A stretch of 64,000 nucleotides of DNA. Source: Oscillospiraceae bacterium. GTDB taxonomy: Bacteria > Bacillota > Clostridia > Oscillospirales > Oscillospiraceae. Below, one piece after another: positions 47,287 to 56,755 of the stretch. Positions within the stretch are counted from its first letter, which is position 1. Every line of letters begins with the position of its first letter. The stretch is taken from contig SVMD01000012.1 of the NCBI GenBank assembly GCA_015067615.1, positions 3,718-67,717 on the forward strand, given 5' to 3'. The notes under the pieces are model-generated. The model was not told the DNA's origin and did no database searches. It worked only from the letters and a program-made list of their open reading frames with translations. Both the position numbers and the translations under genes were made by a program.

Positions 47287-48957
47287 TTATTTTTTCGGAC
47301 GCTTCAGCTCCAGTTCGATCCGCCGGAATTCTCCTTCGGCAAAGGGATATTCACCGGTGAGGGTCTCGCAGTTGGAGTTCTGATAGGATGCCTTCTGGAT
47401 CCCCTTGGCCAGATCCACCTGAACCAGCAGGCCGGTGTACTGATTATAGCCGAAGGCCTGGGTGTCCCCTTCAACGGTCAGGCTTCTCCGACCCACCAGG
47501 AAGCCGGGGAAATTGAAATCCGTCAGGTAATGCCCCTTGTCGTTGAGGGGGGTATTGGCTTCCACCTGGCCGGGGATAAAGGGCCAGAGCTTGTGCTTGT
47601 GGCCGGACAGGCACAGGTCGATATCCATTTCGTTAAGCAGCTTCGTCCAGACTTCCTTGAAGGTCTCGAATTTGCCGTCCACATGCTGGATGGGGATATG
47701 GCACAGGGCCAGCCGGTAGCGGTAGTCCGCATATTCGCCCTCTTTCAGAATCTCTTTCAGGAATTCCGTCTGCTCCTGTCGGTACAGGTCGAATTGGGCG
47801 GTACCGTAGTATTCCCACCAGTCGTCCTCGTGGTCCTCACCCAAGTCCAGCACCACGGCGAAGATCTCTTCGCCCAGGGTTACGGAATAGTAGTAATCCT
47901 GCCCCTTGGCGCCCACGTATTTCCACAGGTCCTCGGCATATTCGCCCTTGATCTCGTGGTTGCCCCGGGCATAGATCACCGGAGCCTGTCCCGCAGTGAT
48001 CTTGTGGGCCAGTTCATTGGCCAGCTGGGCGTCCTTCTCAGTTTCCACCATGGAAACCAGATCGCCGATGAGAACGATAAAGTCGAATTTATCCTGCGCA
48101 GCGGAGGCCGCGGCATCCACCGCCTCATGAACATCGCTGAGGGCGAAATAATCCAGTCCGTCGGAGGGGTCCACCGGGCGGAAAGAATACCTTTCGGAAA
48201 TTTCCGGGCCGGTATAGCCGCCGAAGGGACCCCGGTAGATCATCTGCTTTGCGTGGATGGAGTAGCCCTCCGCCCTGTCCAGCACCTCCTGGGGCACCTC
48301 GATCTTGTGTACCCGGTCGATGGACTTCATGGAACCGGCGTAGAGGTCATAGTACCGCTCTCCGCCAATCTCCACCCAGGCAATGGCGCTGTCGGAGGTG
48401 GAAAACACGATCTGGTAATCATCCTCCACTGCGTAGACCACTGCACCGTAGGTAAAGACGCAGGGCCGCAGCTGGTAGCCCAGAACCACCACTGCCAGAA
48501 TCACCGCGCCTACCAGCAGCGCTTTCAGGAAGTTCTTCCCCCGGATGGGGAAATACAGCACCAGCGCAAACACGATGATGCAGCCCGCGGCAGCCAGGCT
48601 CTTCCAGAAATGGGGCAGGATGAAGCGGATATAGTCCTTGGCACCAAAGATCACCACTGCCACCGCGGCTCCGGCAAAAACCAGGCCGAGAATAAAGCTC
48701 AGGATACCGGGCCATTTCCGCCGTTCCCAGGATGCCAGGCCCCAGAGCGACAGAGCGCAGCAAAGGCAGGCGGCGGCAGTGACCATCAGTGGAAGATTCA
48801 TGATCAGGAAGCTGGGATTGGTGTCCGCCCCCAGGAACTTGGAGATGCCGCTGTGGTTGATCCGCAGGGCCACCCAGAACAGGGCTGTCACCAGATTCAG
48901 AGCAAAGGTCAGCACCGGGAAAATGTATCGTCTGATTCTATACCATCTGTAGCGCAT
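47287..48957 (-). CDS. Membrane-anchored metallophosphoesterase (calcineurin-like)
   Basis: 556 aa: about 5 N-terminal TMs, then phosphoesterase motifs (ALSDVHE; LIGDLV; GNHE; GHKH). Confidence 0.8.
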   Translation of the reverse strand: MRYRWYRIRRYIFPVLTFALNLVTALFWVALRINHSGISKFLGADTNPSFLIMNLPLMVTAAACLCCALSLWGLASWERRKWPGILSFILGLVFAGAAVAVVIFGAKDYIRFILPHFWKSLAAAGCIIVFALVLYFPIRGKNFLKALLVGAVILAVVVLGYQLRPCVFTYGAVVYAVEDDYQIVFSTSDSAIAWVEIGGERYYDLYAGSMKSIDRVHKIEVPQEVLDRAEGYSIHAKQMIYRGPFGGYTGPEISERYSFRPVDPSDGLDYFALSDVHEAVDAAASAAQDKFDFIVLIGDLVSMVETEKDAQLANELAHKITAGQAPVIYARGNHEIKGEYAEDLWKYVGAKGQDYYYSVTLGEEIFAVVLDLGEDHEDDWWEYYGTAQFDLYRQEQTEFLKEILKEGEYADYRYRLALCHIPIQHVDGKFETFKEVWTKLLNEMDIDLCLSGHKHKLWPFIPGQVEANTPLNDKGHYLTDFNFPGFLVGRRSLTVEGDTQAFGYNQYTGLLVQVDLAKGIQKASYQNSNCETLTGEYPFAEGEFRRIELELKRPKK

Positions 48958-48959
48958 CC

Positions 48960-50678
48960 TTAATCCTCCATGGCCCGCATCAGAGCCTCCGCCACAGGAA
49001 GCATCACTTCCGGCTTCAGTTTTTCCACCCGGCGGTCATAGGTCAGCAGGCCGTTGATCTCATCCTCCACATCGCTGACCTGGGTGTAGATGGCAGCGCA
49101 GAGGCCGTTTCGGATGCAGGGCACGATCTCGTCCAGATAGAGCGCCGCTACCTGCTGATTCAGGGCCTCCAGGGTTTCGCTGCCGCCGTAGCCGTAGGAC
49201 TTTTCGGGATTGAAGATATGGCCCTCAGCCTTGTAGGTCTTGCCGCCGAACTCGGACAGCACCAGAGGCTTCTTGCCGTCGGCTTTCAGCTCCACCTTCT
49301 TAAAATACACATGGCGGCTGTCCACGTCGGTCTTTTTCCGGCGGAACCAGCCGGAGGTGGAATCGATGAATCGGGTGTCATCCCAGCCCCGGAAGGTCTC
49401 ATAGACGCTGTCGCTGTCGAACTGGCCCCAGGCTTCGTTGAAGATGGTCCAGTAGCAGACACTGGGGTGGCTGCACAGCTGGGTCACCGCCTTGGCGGCG
49501 CTGAGCAGGAAGGAAGTCCGGTGCAGCTGATCCCGGTGCAGCAGCTTGTCCGGCAGGGTCTGGATGCCCACGGTGGGCAGACCGGTGTCCCGGATAAAGT
49601 TATAGTCAGAGTTGTTCACCATGTCCTGCCAGACGATCATGCCCAGCTTATCGCACTGGTAGTAAAATTCCTCCGGCTCCACTTTGATGTGCTTTCGCAG
49701 GGTATTGAAGCCCAGCTTCTTCATGGCGAGAATATCCACCCCATAGCTCTCCGGCGCCGGGGCAGTGAGGATGCCCTCGGGCCAGTAGCCCTGGTCCAGC
49801 AGACCGTGGAAGAAATAGGGCTTGCCATTGAGGCACAGCCGGGGATAGTCCCCCACCTTTTTGATTTCCAGAGAGCGGATGGCGAAGTAGGACCGGATAA
49901 CATCCTCCCCTGCTTCCAGAGTGAACGCATAGAGGTAGGGATTCTCCGGGCTCCAGAGTTTGGGATTCTCCGGGGTGATGGTTACCTTGCCGTCAATCAG
50001 TTCAAAGCTGCCCAGCTCCGGCACCGTGACGGTGCCGCTGAGGGCGGGTTCGACAGAAATATTGACGCTGTAGCCCCGGTTTTCAATGCTCAGCTTCTTT
50101 ACATAGGTTTCAGGCACACTTTCCAGCCAAACCGTCTGCCAGATGCCGGAAACCGGCGTGTACCACATGCCGCCCCGCTTTTCCGGCAGTACCTGCTTGC
50201 CGTAGGGATAGGACTGATTCTTCAGGTCATCCCGGCAGCGGATCACCAGCTCATTTTCTTCCTTCAGGGCATCGGTGATGTCGCAGGAGAAGGCTTCGTA
50301 GCCGCCCTCGTGGTGGCAGACCTCCTGACCGTTCACAAACACATCCGCCACCTGATCGGCGGCGCCGATGTGCAGAATCACCCTACCCCGGTTGAAGCCC
50401 TCGGGCAGGGTCAGCTTCCGGCGGTAAAACAGATTCGTGCCTTCCGGGAAATGGCCGTGGATGCCGGACAGGGGTGCTTCCGGGCAGAAGGGCACCCGGA
50501 TTTTCAGATCGTATTCCTTGGGAAGCCAGTTTTCCCTGGCGGCGGTGAACTCCCACCAACCGTTCAGGTTCACATAGGACTCCCGCTTCAGCTGGGGCCG
50601 GGGATAGCAGTCCCAGGGCTGTACATCAGGATTGTTCTTTAAAAATTCGCCTTCTTTGGTCCAAAGCTGCTGCAGCAT
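48960..50678 (-). CDS. Glycoside hydrolase family 2 protein
   Basis: 572 aa: a sugar-binding jelly-roll (GWWEF...), an Ig-like domain and a TIM barrel. The barrel has WTIFNEAWG (acid/base NE) and LVLSEFGG (nucleophile E). Confidence 0.82.
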   Translation of the reverse strand: MLQQLWTKEGEFLKNNPDVQPWDCYPRPQLKRESYVNLNGWWEFTAARENWLPKEYDLKIRVPFCPEAPLSGIHGHFPEGTNLFYRRKLTLPEGFNRGRVILHIGAADQVADVFVNGQEVCHHEGGYEAFSCDITDALKEENELVIRCRDDLKNQSYPYGKQVLPEKRGGMWYTPVSGIWQTVWLESVPETYVKKLSIENRGYSVNISVEPALSGTVTVPELGSFELIDGKVTITPENPKLWSPENPYLYAFTLEAGEDVIRSYFAIRSLEIKKVGDYPRLCLNGKPYFFHGLLDQGYWPEGILTAPAPESYGVDILAMKKLGFNTLRKHIKVEPEEFYYQCDKLGMIVWQDMVNNSDYNFIRDTGLPTVGIQTLPDKLLHRDQLHRTSFLLSAAKAVTQLCSHPSVCYWTIFNEAWGQFDSDSVYETFRGWDDTRFIDSTSGWFRRKKTDVDSRHVYFKKVELKADGKKPLVLSEFGGKTYKAEGHIFNPEKSYGYGGSETLEALNQQVAALYLDEIVPCIRNGLCAAIYTQVSDVEDEINGLLTYDRRVEKLKPEVMLPVAEALMRAMED

Positions 50679-50679
50679 A

Positions 50680-51969
50680 TTATTTCTCCTTTCTGCGGAA
50701 CAGGGGGATCAGCACGATCCATACGGCTAAAATGGCTACAAACGCGCCTAAGAAGATATTTTCGTTGGGAATAAAGGAAGTGGTGCCGTCATCGCCCACG
50801 ATGGTGGCGGCGTTTTCCAGGATTTTCGCGCCGATGGCCGGACCAATGACACCGGGGATCAGCACCTGGGCGAAGATCCGCAGGCCCTGGAACATGCCGG
50901 ACTTATTCTCCGGGGTGTGGGTCCGGACCTTGGCGCCGATCACCGCGCCGGTGCCCAGGAAGCCGCACATCATGATGAGGGATGCCACAAAAACCGGGGC
51001 TGTGGAACGGAAGAAATACAGGCCCATATAGCCCGTCATCAGCAGCGCCAGGGTGGGCAGGATGGCCGCCCGGAAGCCCTTCCGGTCATAGCGCTTGCCG
51101 TAAAGACCGGTGAACACGGCGGCGATCAGGATGGCCGGAGCGAAGATCAGCACGTAGTTATCCATCCCCAGACACTCGGTGTAGTAGAGGATCAGATAGG
51201 GCATGAACACCTGGATGGAGATATTATACAGGGCCAGCAGCGCCAGAGTCAGATAGAGGCTCACATTCTCCTTTACCACGGAGGGCCGGAAGCCGTAGAA
51301 AATGTTGCCGAAATAGCTCTGATTTTCTTCGGTCTGCACCCTGGGCTCTTTGATCAGGAAGAAGCCCAGCAGGCCGATGGCAATGACCACGATGCCGATG
51401 ATGTGGAAGATGGTGACCCAGCTTTCCTCCAGGTTCAGATCAAAGCTCATGAAGCCGCCGAACACCACCAAAATGGACACCAGCGGCATCATGGCGTTGA
51501 TGCCCTCCACGCTGCCCCGGTTGGTATCGTCGGACACGTCGGTGAGCCAGGCGTTGAAGCAGGCATCGTTGGCAGAGGAGCCGAAGAAGGTCATGATGCA
51601 GTCCAAAATGATGGTCAGGCTCACACCCACAGCGGCAGCGGAAGCCGCATGGGGGAACAGCCCTTCGATCACATCCAGCCGCACCAGGGAGAAAGCCCAG
51701 ATGGTGATGCCCCAGGCGATATACCCGCCGCAGATGAAAATCTTCCGCTTGCCCAGCTTGTCGGACAACGCACCGATGAGCAGGGTGGTCACCGTGGCAG
51801 CCACGGCGGAGGCCGCCACCATCAGGGAAATATCGGAAGCGGAGGCATGGAACATTTTGTAGATGAATACGTTGAAGTACATATTCTCCACGGTCCAGGC
51901 CACCTGGCCCGTGAGACTGAAGATCACCAACGCCAGCCAGAAGCGCTTATCATGGCGGATTTTATCCAT
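50680..51969 (-). CDS. MFS transporter (glycoside/GPH-like)
   Basis: 429 aa, 12 TM. It sits 1 nt upstream of the GH2 gene, so it is likely co-transcribed. Confidence 0.8.
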   Translation of the reverse strand: MDKIRHDKRFWLALVIFSLTGQVAWTVENMYFNVFIYKMFHASASDISLMVAASAVAATVTTLLIGALSDKLGKRKIFICGGYIAWGITIWAFSLVRLDVIEGLFPHAASAAAVGVSLTIILDCIMTFFGSSANDACFNAWLTDVSDDTNRGSVEGINAMMPLVSILVVFGGFMSFDLNLEESWVTIFHIIGIVVIAIGLLGFFLIKEPRVQTEENQSYFGNIFYGFRPSVVKENVSLYLTLALLALYNISIQVFMPYLILYYTECLGMDNYVLIFAPAILIAAVFTGLYGKRYDRKGFRAAILPTLALLMTGYMGLYFFRSTAPVFVASLIMMCGFLGTGAVIGAKVRTHTPENKSGMFQGLRIFAQVLIPGVIGPAIGAKILENAATIVGDDGTTSFIPNENIFLGAFVAILAVWIVLIPLFRRKEK

Positions 51970-52055
51970 TTTTATTCCCCTTTCAACTGTTTCTACCTGC
52001 TAATTTATCACAGCTTTCGCGCCCCTGTCAAGGTCGGAACCCAGGGCAGCTGCTT

Positions 52056-52087
52056 CCGGAAATCTCCAGAAGATTTCCGGGTTTTTT
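52056..52087 (+). terminator. Orphan terminator-like hairpin (plus-strand polarity) in a divergent intergenic region
   Basis: CCGGAAATCT-ccaga-AGATTTCCGG (52056-52080), followed by GTTTTTT (52081-52087). No plus-strand gene lies upstream. Confidence 0.4.
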
Positions 52088-52185
52088 CATCGAAAATGCT
52101 TTGCAAATGCCGGAATTTGTGATATAGTGTAGGTTGTGTAAAATTGCTGTTACTATCTGAATCTCAAAAGAGAGGAGATTATCTT

Positions 52186-53283
52186 ATGGATTTATCCAAA
52201 ATTTCCGTTGTGCTGCCTTCCCTGGATCCGGATGAGAAGCTGATTCGGGTTGTGGATGGACTGCTGGAATACGGTTTTACCGATATCATTCTGGTTAACG
52301 ACGGCTCCAAGCAGGAAAATCTGCACTATTTCACCGATCTGGCTGCCGCCCATCCTGAAATCCACCTGCTGCACCACGAGGTTAACAAGGGCAAGGGCGC
52401 TGCCCTGAAAAACGCCTTCCGTTACTTCCTTGCCAACCGGCCTGAGGGCGTTGGCGTGGTCACTGTGGACGGTGATGACCAGCACCATCCCGAGGACACC
52501 AGGCGCTGCGTGGAGCAGATGATGAAATCGGGAAACATCGTCCTGGGCTGCCGGGACTTTACCCTGGACCATGTGCCCCCCAGAAGCCGCTTCGGCAACC
52601 ACACCACCTCCCTGATCTTCAAGCTCTTCGTGGGTATGACCATCTCCGACACCCAGACCGGTCTGCGGGCCATTCCCAGACGGCAGCTGGAGATTCTCTC
52701 CACCATTGAGGGTGACCGGTTCGAGTATGAGACCAACATGCTGCTGGCCATGAAGGATAACGGTCTCAGCTTCGACGAAGTGAAGATCCGCACCGTGTAC
52801 ATCGAGGAGAACAAGTCCTCCCACTTCCGGGTGCTTCATGACTCCTGGCGGATCTACAAGCTGATCCTGGCCCACTTCTTCCGCTACACGGCCAGCTCCA
52901 TCGCCAGCTTCGTGGTGGATGCCGGCGGTGTGTATGTGCTGACAAAAAGCTTAAGCGGCATGCTGACGGATCCCCTGCTCAGCACCGTATCCACCGTAGG
53001 CGCCCGGGCCGTGTCCTCCCTGCTGAACTTCTTCATGAACAAGAAGCTGGTGTTCCGGACCAACGTGCCCACCGGAAAGGCCATGGCCCGGTACTATGCA
53101 CTGGCCCTGCCCCAGATGCTCATTCAGTGGCTGCTGGATCTGGGCATCTACACCCTGTTGGGTGTCGGCCCCGAGGCCGCCGGTCTGCGGACCCTGATTC
53201 ACATTCTGGTGATGTGCGTCCTGTTTATCCTCAGCTTTACGATCCAGCAGCGCTGGGTCTTTGCTCCCGAAAAAAACAAATAG
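52186..53283 (+). CDS. Bifunctional glycosyltransferase family 2 / GtrA-like protein
   Basis: The N-terminal GT2 has the DxD region (VVLPSLDPDE...VTVDGDDQHHPED). The C-terminus has 4 TMs of GtrA type (FFRYTASSIASFVVDAGG...NFFMNKKLVF). Confidence 0.85.
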   Translation: MDLSKISVVLPSLDPDEKLIRVVDGLLEYGFTDIILVNDGSKQENLHYFTDLAAAHPEIHLLHHEVNKGKGAALKNAFRYFLANRPEGVGVVTVDGDDQHHPEDTRRCVEQMMKSGNIVLGCRDFTLDHVPPRSRFGNHTTSLIFKLFVGMTISDTQTGLRAIPRRQLEILSTIEGDRFEYETNMLLAMKDNGLSFDEVKIRTVYIEENKSSHFRVLHDSWRIYKLILAHFFRYTASSIASFVVDAGGVYVLTKSLSGMLTDPLLSTVSTVGARAVSSLLNFFMNKKLVFRTNVPTGKAMARYYALALPQMLIQWLLDLGIYTLLGVGPEAAGLRTLIHILVMCVLFILSFTIQQRWVFAPEKNK

Positions 53284-53300
53284 ACCCGAGGTAACTGATT

Positions 53301-54476
53301 ATGAGTAAAATGAAAGAACCCGTCCTGTCCCTGAACGAGGCAGAAGTCCTGGCAGAAAAGCCCAGGAAGAAGAAAAAGAAGAAGAAAAAGAGCGGTGCCT
53401 TTGGCCGGTTCCTCCGCCGCACCCTGCTGCTTCTCTTCACCGTTGTGCTCCTGGCCGCAGGCGGCCTGGTGATGATCATGAACACCGTGTTCAACGGCCC
53501 CTCCGAGGCTGCCCGGGATGTGCTGACCATGTCCCTTTCCGAAGCCTCCGCCACCAAGTGGGTCCCCGGCCTCTTCCTGGGTGACGAGAAGGTCGCTGAG
53601 ATCCGCAATAAATCCGGCGCAGCCCTGGAGCAGGAATTCTCCGACGCCAGCCAGGTGATTATCAATAAGGACAGCACCCTGACCGCCTCCGACGAGTGGA
53701 AGGACTACCCCGACGGTATCCGCATTGAAGAGTACCGGGGCGAGACCTACAATGCCTACATCATGCTTATCCGGGATCCCAGCCAGATCTACATGGCCAC
53801 CTCCACCGACGGTGATTTCTCCCTGGATATCCCCGGCACCCGTATCCACAACGAGATCGTGGATCAGGGCGCCATTGCCGCCATCAACGCCGGTGCCTTC
53901 AACGATGACGGCTCCGCCAATTCCTACGTGGGCTCCATCCCCGCAGGTCTGCTGATGGTAAACGGCGAGGTCAAATCCAATAAGTACCATGAGCGGGTGC
54001 CCGAGGAAGGCTTCGCAGGCTTCACCTTCGACAATATTCTGGTGGTTGCCAAGTCCATGACCCCTGAGCAGGCCAAGGAACTGAACATCCGGGACGGCTG
54101 CGAGTTCGGTCCCGTGCTGATCATGAACGGCACCGTCAACCAGGAGGCCTACAACGCCAACTCCGGCTACAATCCCCGCACCGCCATCGGCCAGAGAGCT
54201 GACGGCTCCGTGATCTTCCTGTGCATTGACGGCCGTCAGGCCAGCTCCCTGGGCGGCACCTACCGGGATATCATCGATATCATGGTGGAGTACGGCGCTG
54301 TCAACGCCTGCAACATGGACGGCGGTTCTTCCTCCGTTATGATGTACTTAGACTCCCAGGGCCGTTACGGTGACCCCGGCGAGTATGTGATGATCAACAG
54401 CTATTCCCTGCTGCAGTCTGAACCCAGACGGATGCCCAACTTCTGGATGGTCCGTCCCGCCAATGAGGAGGGCTAA
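53301..54476 (+). CDS. Phosphodiester glycosidase family protein (NAGPA/uncovering-enzyme-like), membrane-anchored
   Basis: 391 aa: a Lys8 tract, a TM, then the NAGPA-type domain (INAGAFNDDG...PRTAIGQRADGSVIFLCIDGRQ...NMDGGSSS). Confidence 0.8.
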   Translation: MSKMKEPVLSLNEAEVLAEKPRKKKKKKKKSGAFGRFLRRTLLLLFTVVLLAAGGLVMIMNTVFNGPSEAARDVLTMSLSEASATKWVPGLFLGDEKVAEIRNKSGAALEQEFSDASQVIINKDSTLTASDEWKDYPDGIRIEEYRGETYNAYIMLIRDPSQIYMATSTDGDFSLDIPGTRIHNEIVDQGAIAAINAGAFNDDGSANSYVGSIPAGLLMVNGEVKSNKYHERVPEEGFAGFTFDNILVVAKSMTPEQAKELNIRDGCEFGPVLIMNGTVNQEAYNANSGYNPRTAIGQRADGSVIFLCIDGRQASSLGGTYRDIIDIMVEYGAVNACNMDGGSSSVMMYLDSQGRYGDPGEYVMINSYSLLQSEPRRMPNFWMVRPANEEG

Positions 54477-54479
54477 GAA

Positions 54480-56090
54480 ATGGCATATCAAGGTAAATTT
54501 TCCCAGCCCCGGAACACTGAGGAAGCACTTGCCCGGAAGGCTGAAGCCAAAAAGAAGGAAGCTGCCAAGGCAGCGCCTGTGAAGCAGGAACCGGTCAAGG
54601 TTCCCCAGGACCCTCCTGTTAAGAAATCCGAGGTTCCTGAAGTCCCTGAAGCTCCTGTTCAGAAGCCCGTCAAGAAGCAGGCTCCCCAGAACGTGCCTGC
54701 CAAGACCGGCGCCAAAAAGAAAAAGAAGAAAAAGAAGAAGGCCAACCGGACCATTACGCTGATTTTCTACACCGTGTATTTTGTTCTGGTGGCAGCCATC
54801 CTGGGCGGTCTGTTCTTCCTGAACAACTGGCTGGAGGGCTGGCTGGTCAACTATGAAGCCTCCCAGCCCACCACCCGCTGTGAGGAGATTTTCCAGGAGA
54901 ACTTTGCCTCCCCCGACTGGGCCAAGCTCTATCAGATGGCAGGCCTGTCTGACACCGAATACGAGGGCAGCGACGCCTTCGCCGCCTATATGGCCGACAA
55001 GGTCGGCGGTCAGGCACTGACCTATGTGGAAACCTCCGCAGGCCTCTCCGGCGGTCATAAGTACCTGCTGAAGCTGGGCGATGAGACTCTGGGCTACTTC
55101 ACCCTGGTGGATCAGGCCCCCGAGGGCAGCGACATTGCCGACTGGCAGCTGGGCAAGGTGAGCCTGTCCTACGCCTACGGCGAAGCCGTCACCATCCAGC
55201 GGGTAGGTGATGTTACCGTTTACGTCAATGGCGTTGCCCTGACCGATGACCACACCATCCAGATCGGCACCACCCTGTCTGAGGATTACCTGCCTGAGGG
55301 CGTCCATGGTCCCCGGATCTACACCCATTATCTGGAAGGCCTGATGGTCACGCCTGAAGTCACCGCTGTCGACGCCGACGGCAATCCTGTGGACGTGAGC
55401 TTCAATGCCGAAACCGGCATCTACACGGTCCAGACCGAGGAGAATACCATCAGCGAAGAGGAATACGAGCGGGTTCTGAAAACCGCCAAGACCTACGCCC
55501 TGCGGATGATCGAAAAGGCCTCCGCCCAGGAGCTGGCCAAGTATTTCGACTCCAAATCCGAAACTTACAAGACCATCATCAGCATCGACCCCTGGATGCA
55601 GGAGTGGTTCTTCCGCAGCTACGAGTGGGGCGAGGAGAGCATCACCGGTTACTACCGCCACAGCGACAGCCTGTTCTCCGTCCATGTGGAGCTGCCCATG
55701 CTGGTTACCCGTACTGATGACACGGTGAAGGAGTACAAGATCGACCACTCTTTCTTCTTTGAAAAGAAGAACGGCACCTGGAAGTGCGTCACCATGACCA
55801 ACGTGGATATCCGTAAGCAGACCGCCTCTGTCCGCCTTACCTTTAAATCCGACGATAATGTGATCTTTACCAACATGTTCGCCGAGGACATCTCCACCCT
55901 GGAGCTGCCCACCGTCACCGCCCCCGAGGGTCAGGTCTTTACCGGCTGGTACCGGCTGGACACCGCCGCTGACGGCACCAGATCCTACACCCGCATCTTT
56001 GCACCCGAGGATGGCGATGTGATCACTCTCCCCGCAGGCACCAAGCTGGAGCCCATGACCCTGTACGCACTGTTCGAAGCCGCTGAATAA
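54480..56090 (+). CDS. Hypothetical membrane-anchored protein (Lys/Pro-rich cytoplasmic tail, large extracytoplasmic domain, C-terminal Listeria-Bacteroides-type repeat)
   Basis: 536 aa: an N-terminal AKKKEAAK.../Lys9 tract, one TM (ITLIFYTVYFVLVAAILGGLFFL), and a C-terminal GQVFTGWY...LYALF motif. Confidence 0.65.
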   Translation: MAYQGKFSQPRNTEEALARKAEAKKKEAAKAAPVKQEPVKVPQDPPVKKSEVPEVPEAPVQKPVKKQAPQNVPAKTGAKKKKKKKKKANRTITLIFYTVYFVLVAAILGGLFFLNNWLEGWLVNYEASQPTTRCEEIFQENFASPDWAKLYQMAGLSDTEYEGSDAFAAYMADKVGGQALTYVETSAGLSGGHKYLLKLGDETLGYFTLVDQAPEGSDIADWQLGKVSLSYAYGEAVTIQRVGDVTVYVNGVALTDDHTIQIGTTLSEDYLPEGVHGPRIYTHYLEGLMVTPEVTAVDADGNPVDVSFNAETGIYTVQTEENTISEEEYERVLKTAKTYALRMIEKASAQELAKYFDSKSETYKTIISIDPWMQEWFFRSYEWGEESITGYYRHSDSLFSVHVELPMLVTRTDDTVKEYKIDHSFFFEKKNGTWKCVTMTNVDIRKQTASVRLTFKSDDNVIFTNMFAEDISTLELPTVTAPEGQVFTGWYRLDTAADGTRSYTRIFAPEDGDVITLPAGTKLEPMTLYALFEAAE

Positions 56091-56110
56091 CACACGGAGG
56101 TAATAAGATA

Positions 56111-56701
56111 ATGGCTGCCTTTCAACAGCTTCTGAATTCCTGGGCCGTGTCCTTCGACCTGCCCATTCTGGACTGGATCCAGGCTAACATGACCAATCCC
56201 GTTCTGGATTTCCTGATGCCTATTATCACCCTCCTGGGTGACGCCGGCATCTTCTGGATCGCTTGCGCCGTGATCCTGCTGTTTACCAAGAAGTACCGTA
56301 AGATCGGCCTGGGCATGGGTATCGCCCTAATCATGGGTCTGGTGGTCTGCAACATGATCCTGAAACCCACCGTGGCCCGGATTCGGCCCTATGACTTCCA
56401 GGCAGAGCTGGGTGTTACCATCAATCTGCTGATCGAGGCCCAGCACGATTTCGCTTTCCCCTCCGGCCACACCATCGCCTCCTTCGAGGCCTGTACGGTG
56501 CTGCTGCTGGGCAGCAAGAAGCTGGGCATCCCCGCAACCCTGCTTGCCATTCTCATCGCTTTCTCCCGGCTGTACCTGTACGTCCACTACCCCACCGATG
56601 TGATCGCATCCGTGATCCTGGGTACCATCTTCGGTATCATCGGCTACGCCCTGACCCATAAGGTTAAGATTTCCCTGAAGGGAAAATTCCTGGAAAAGTA
56701 A
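56111..56701 (+). CDS. PAP2-family phosphatase (undecaprenyl-diphosphatase/BcrC-like)
   Basis: 196 aa, multi-TM, with the PAP2 motifs KPTVARIRP, PSGH and SRLYLYVHYPTD. Confidence 0.85.
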   Translation: MAAFQQLLNSWAVSFDLPILDWIQANMTNPVLDFLMPIITLLGDAGIFWIACAVILLFTKKYRKIGLGMGIALIMGLVVCNMILKPTVARIRPYDFQAELGVTINLLIEAQHDFAFPSGHTIASFEACTVLLLGSKKLGIPATLLAILIAFSRLYLYVHYPTDVIASVILGTIFGIIGYALTHKVKISLKGKFLEK

Positions 56702-56707
56702 CATGAC

Positions 56708-56744
56708 AAAATCCCCGCGAACCGGTCGGTTCGCGGGGATTTTT
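56708..56744. terminator. Bidirectional rho-independent terminator
   Basis: AAAATCCCCGCGAACC-ggtc-GGTTCGCGGGGATTTT, between convergent genes. Confidence 0.75.
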
Positions 56745-56755
56745 CTGTCAGCCCT

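Noticed and set aside
48960-50678. Calling the GH2 enzyme a beta-glucuronidase (GUS) because it is paired with an MFS sugar transporter.
   Set aside because: The catalytic NE and E residues are generic GH2 features. I could not find the glucuronate-recognising N-x-K motif region that I remember from E. coli GUS near the C-terminal barrel, so substrate specificity is left open.
53367-53390. The poly-A/G runs (AAG/AAA)n as simple-sequence repeats or phase-variation tracts.
   Set aside because: They are in frame and encode Lys8/Lys9 just before transmembrane helices (positive-inside signal). They are mixed AAG/AAA codons rather than a pure homopolymer, so slipped-strand phase variation is unlikely. 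They are mentioned only as a translational curiosity in the cluster finding.
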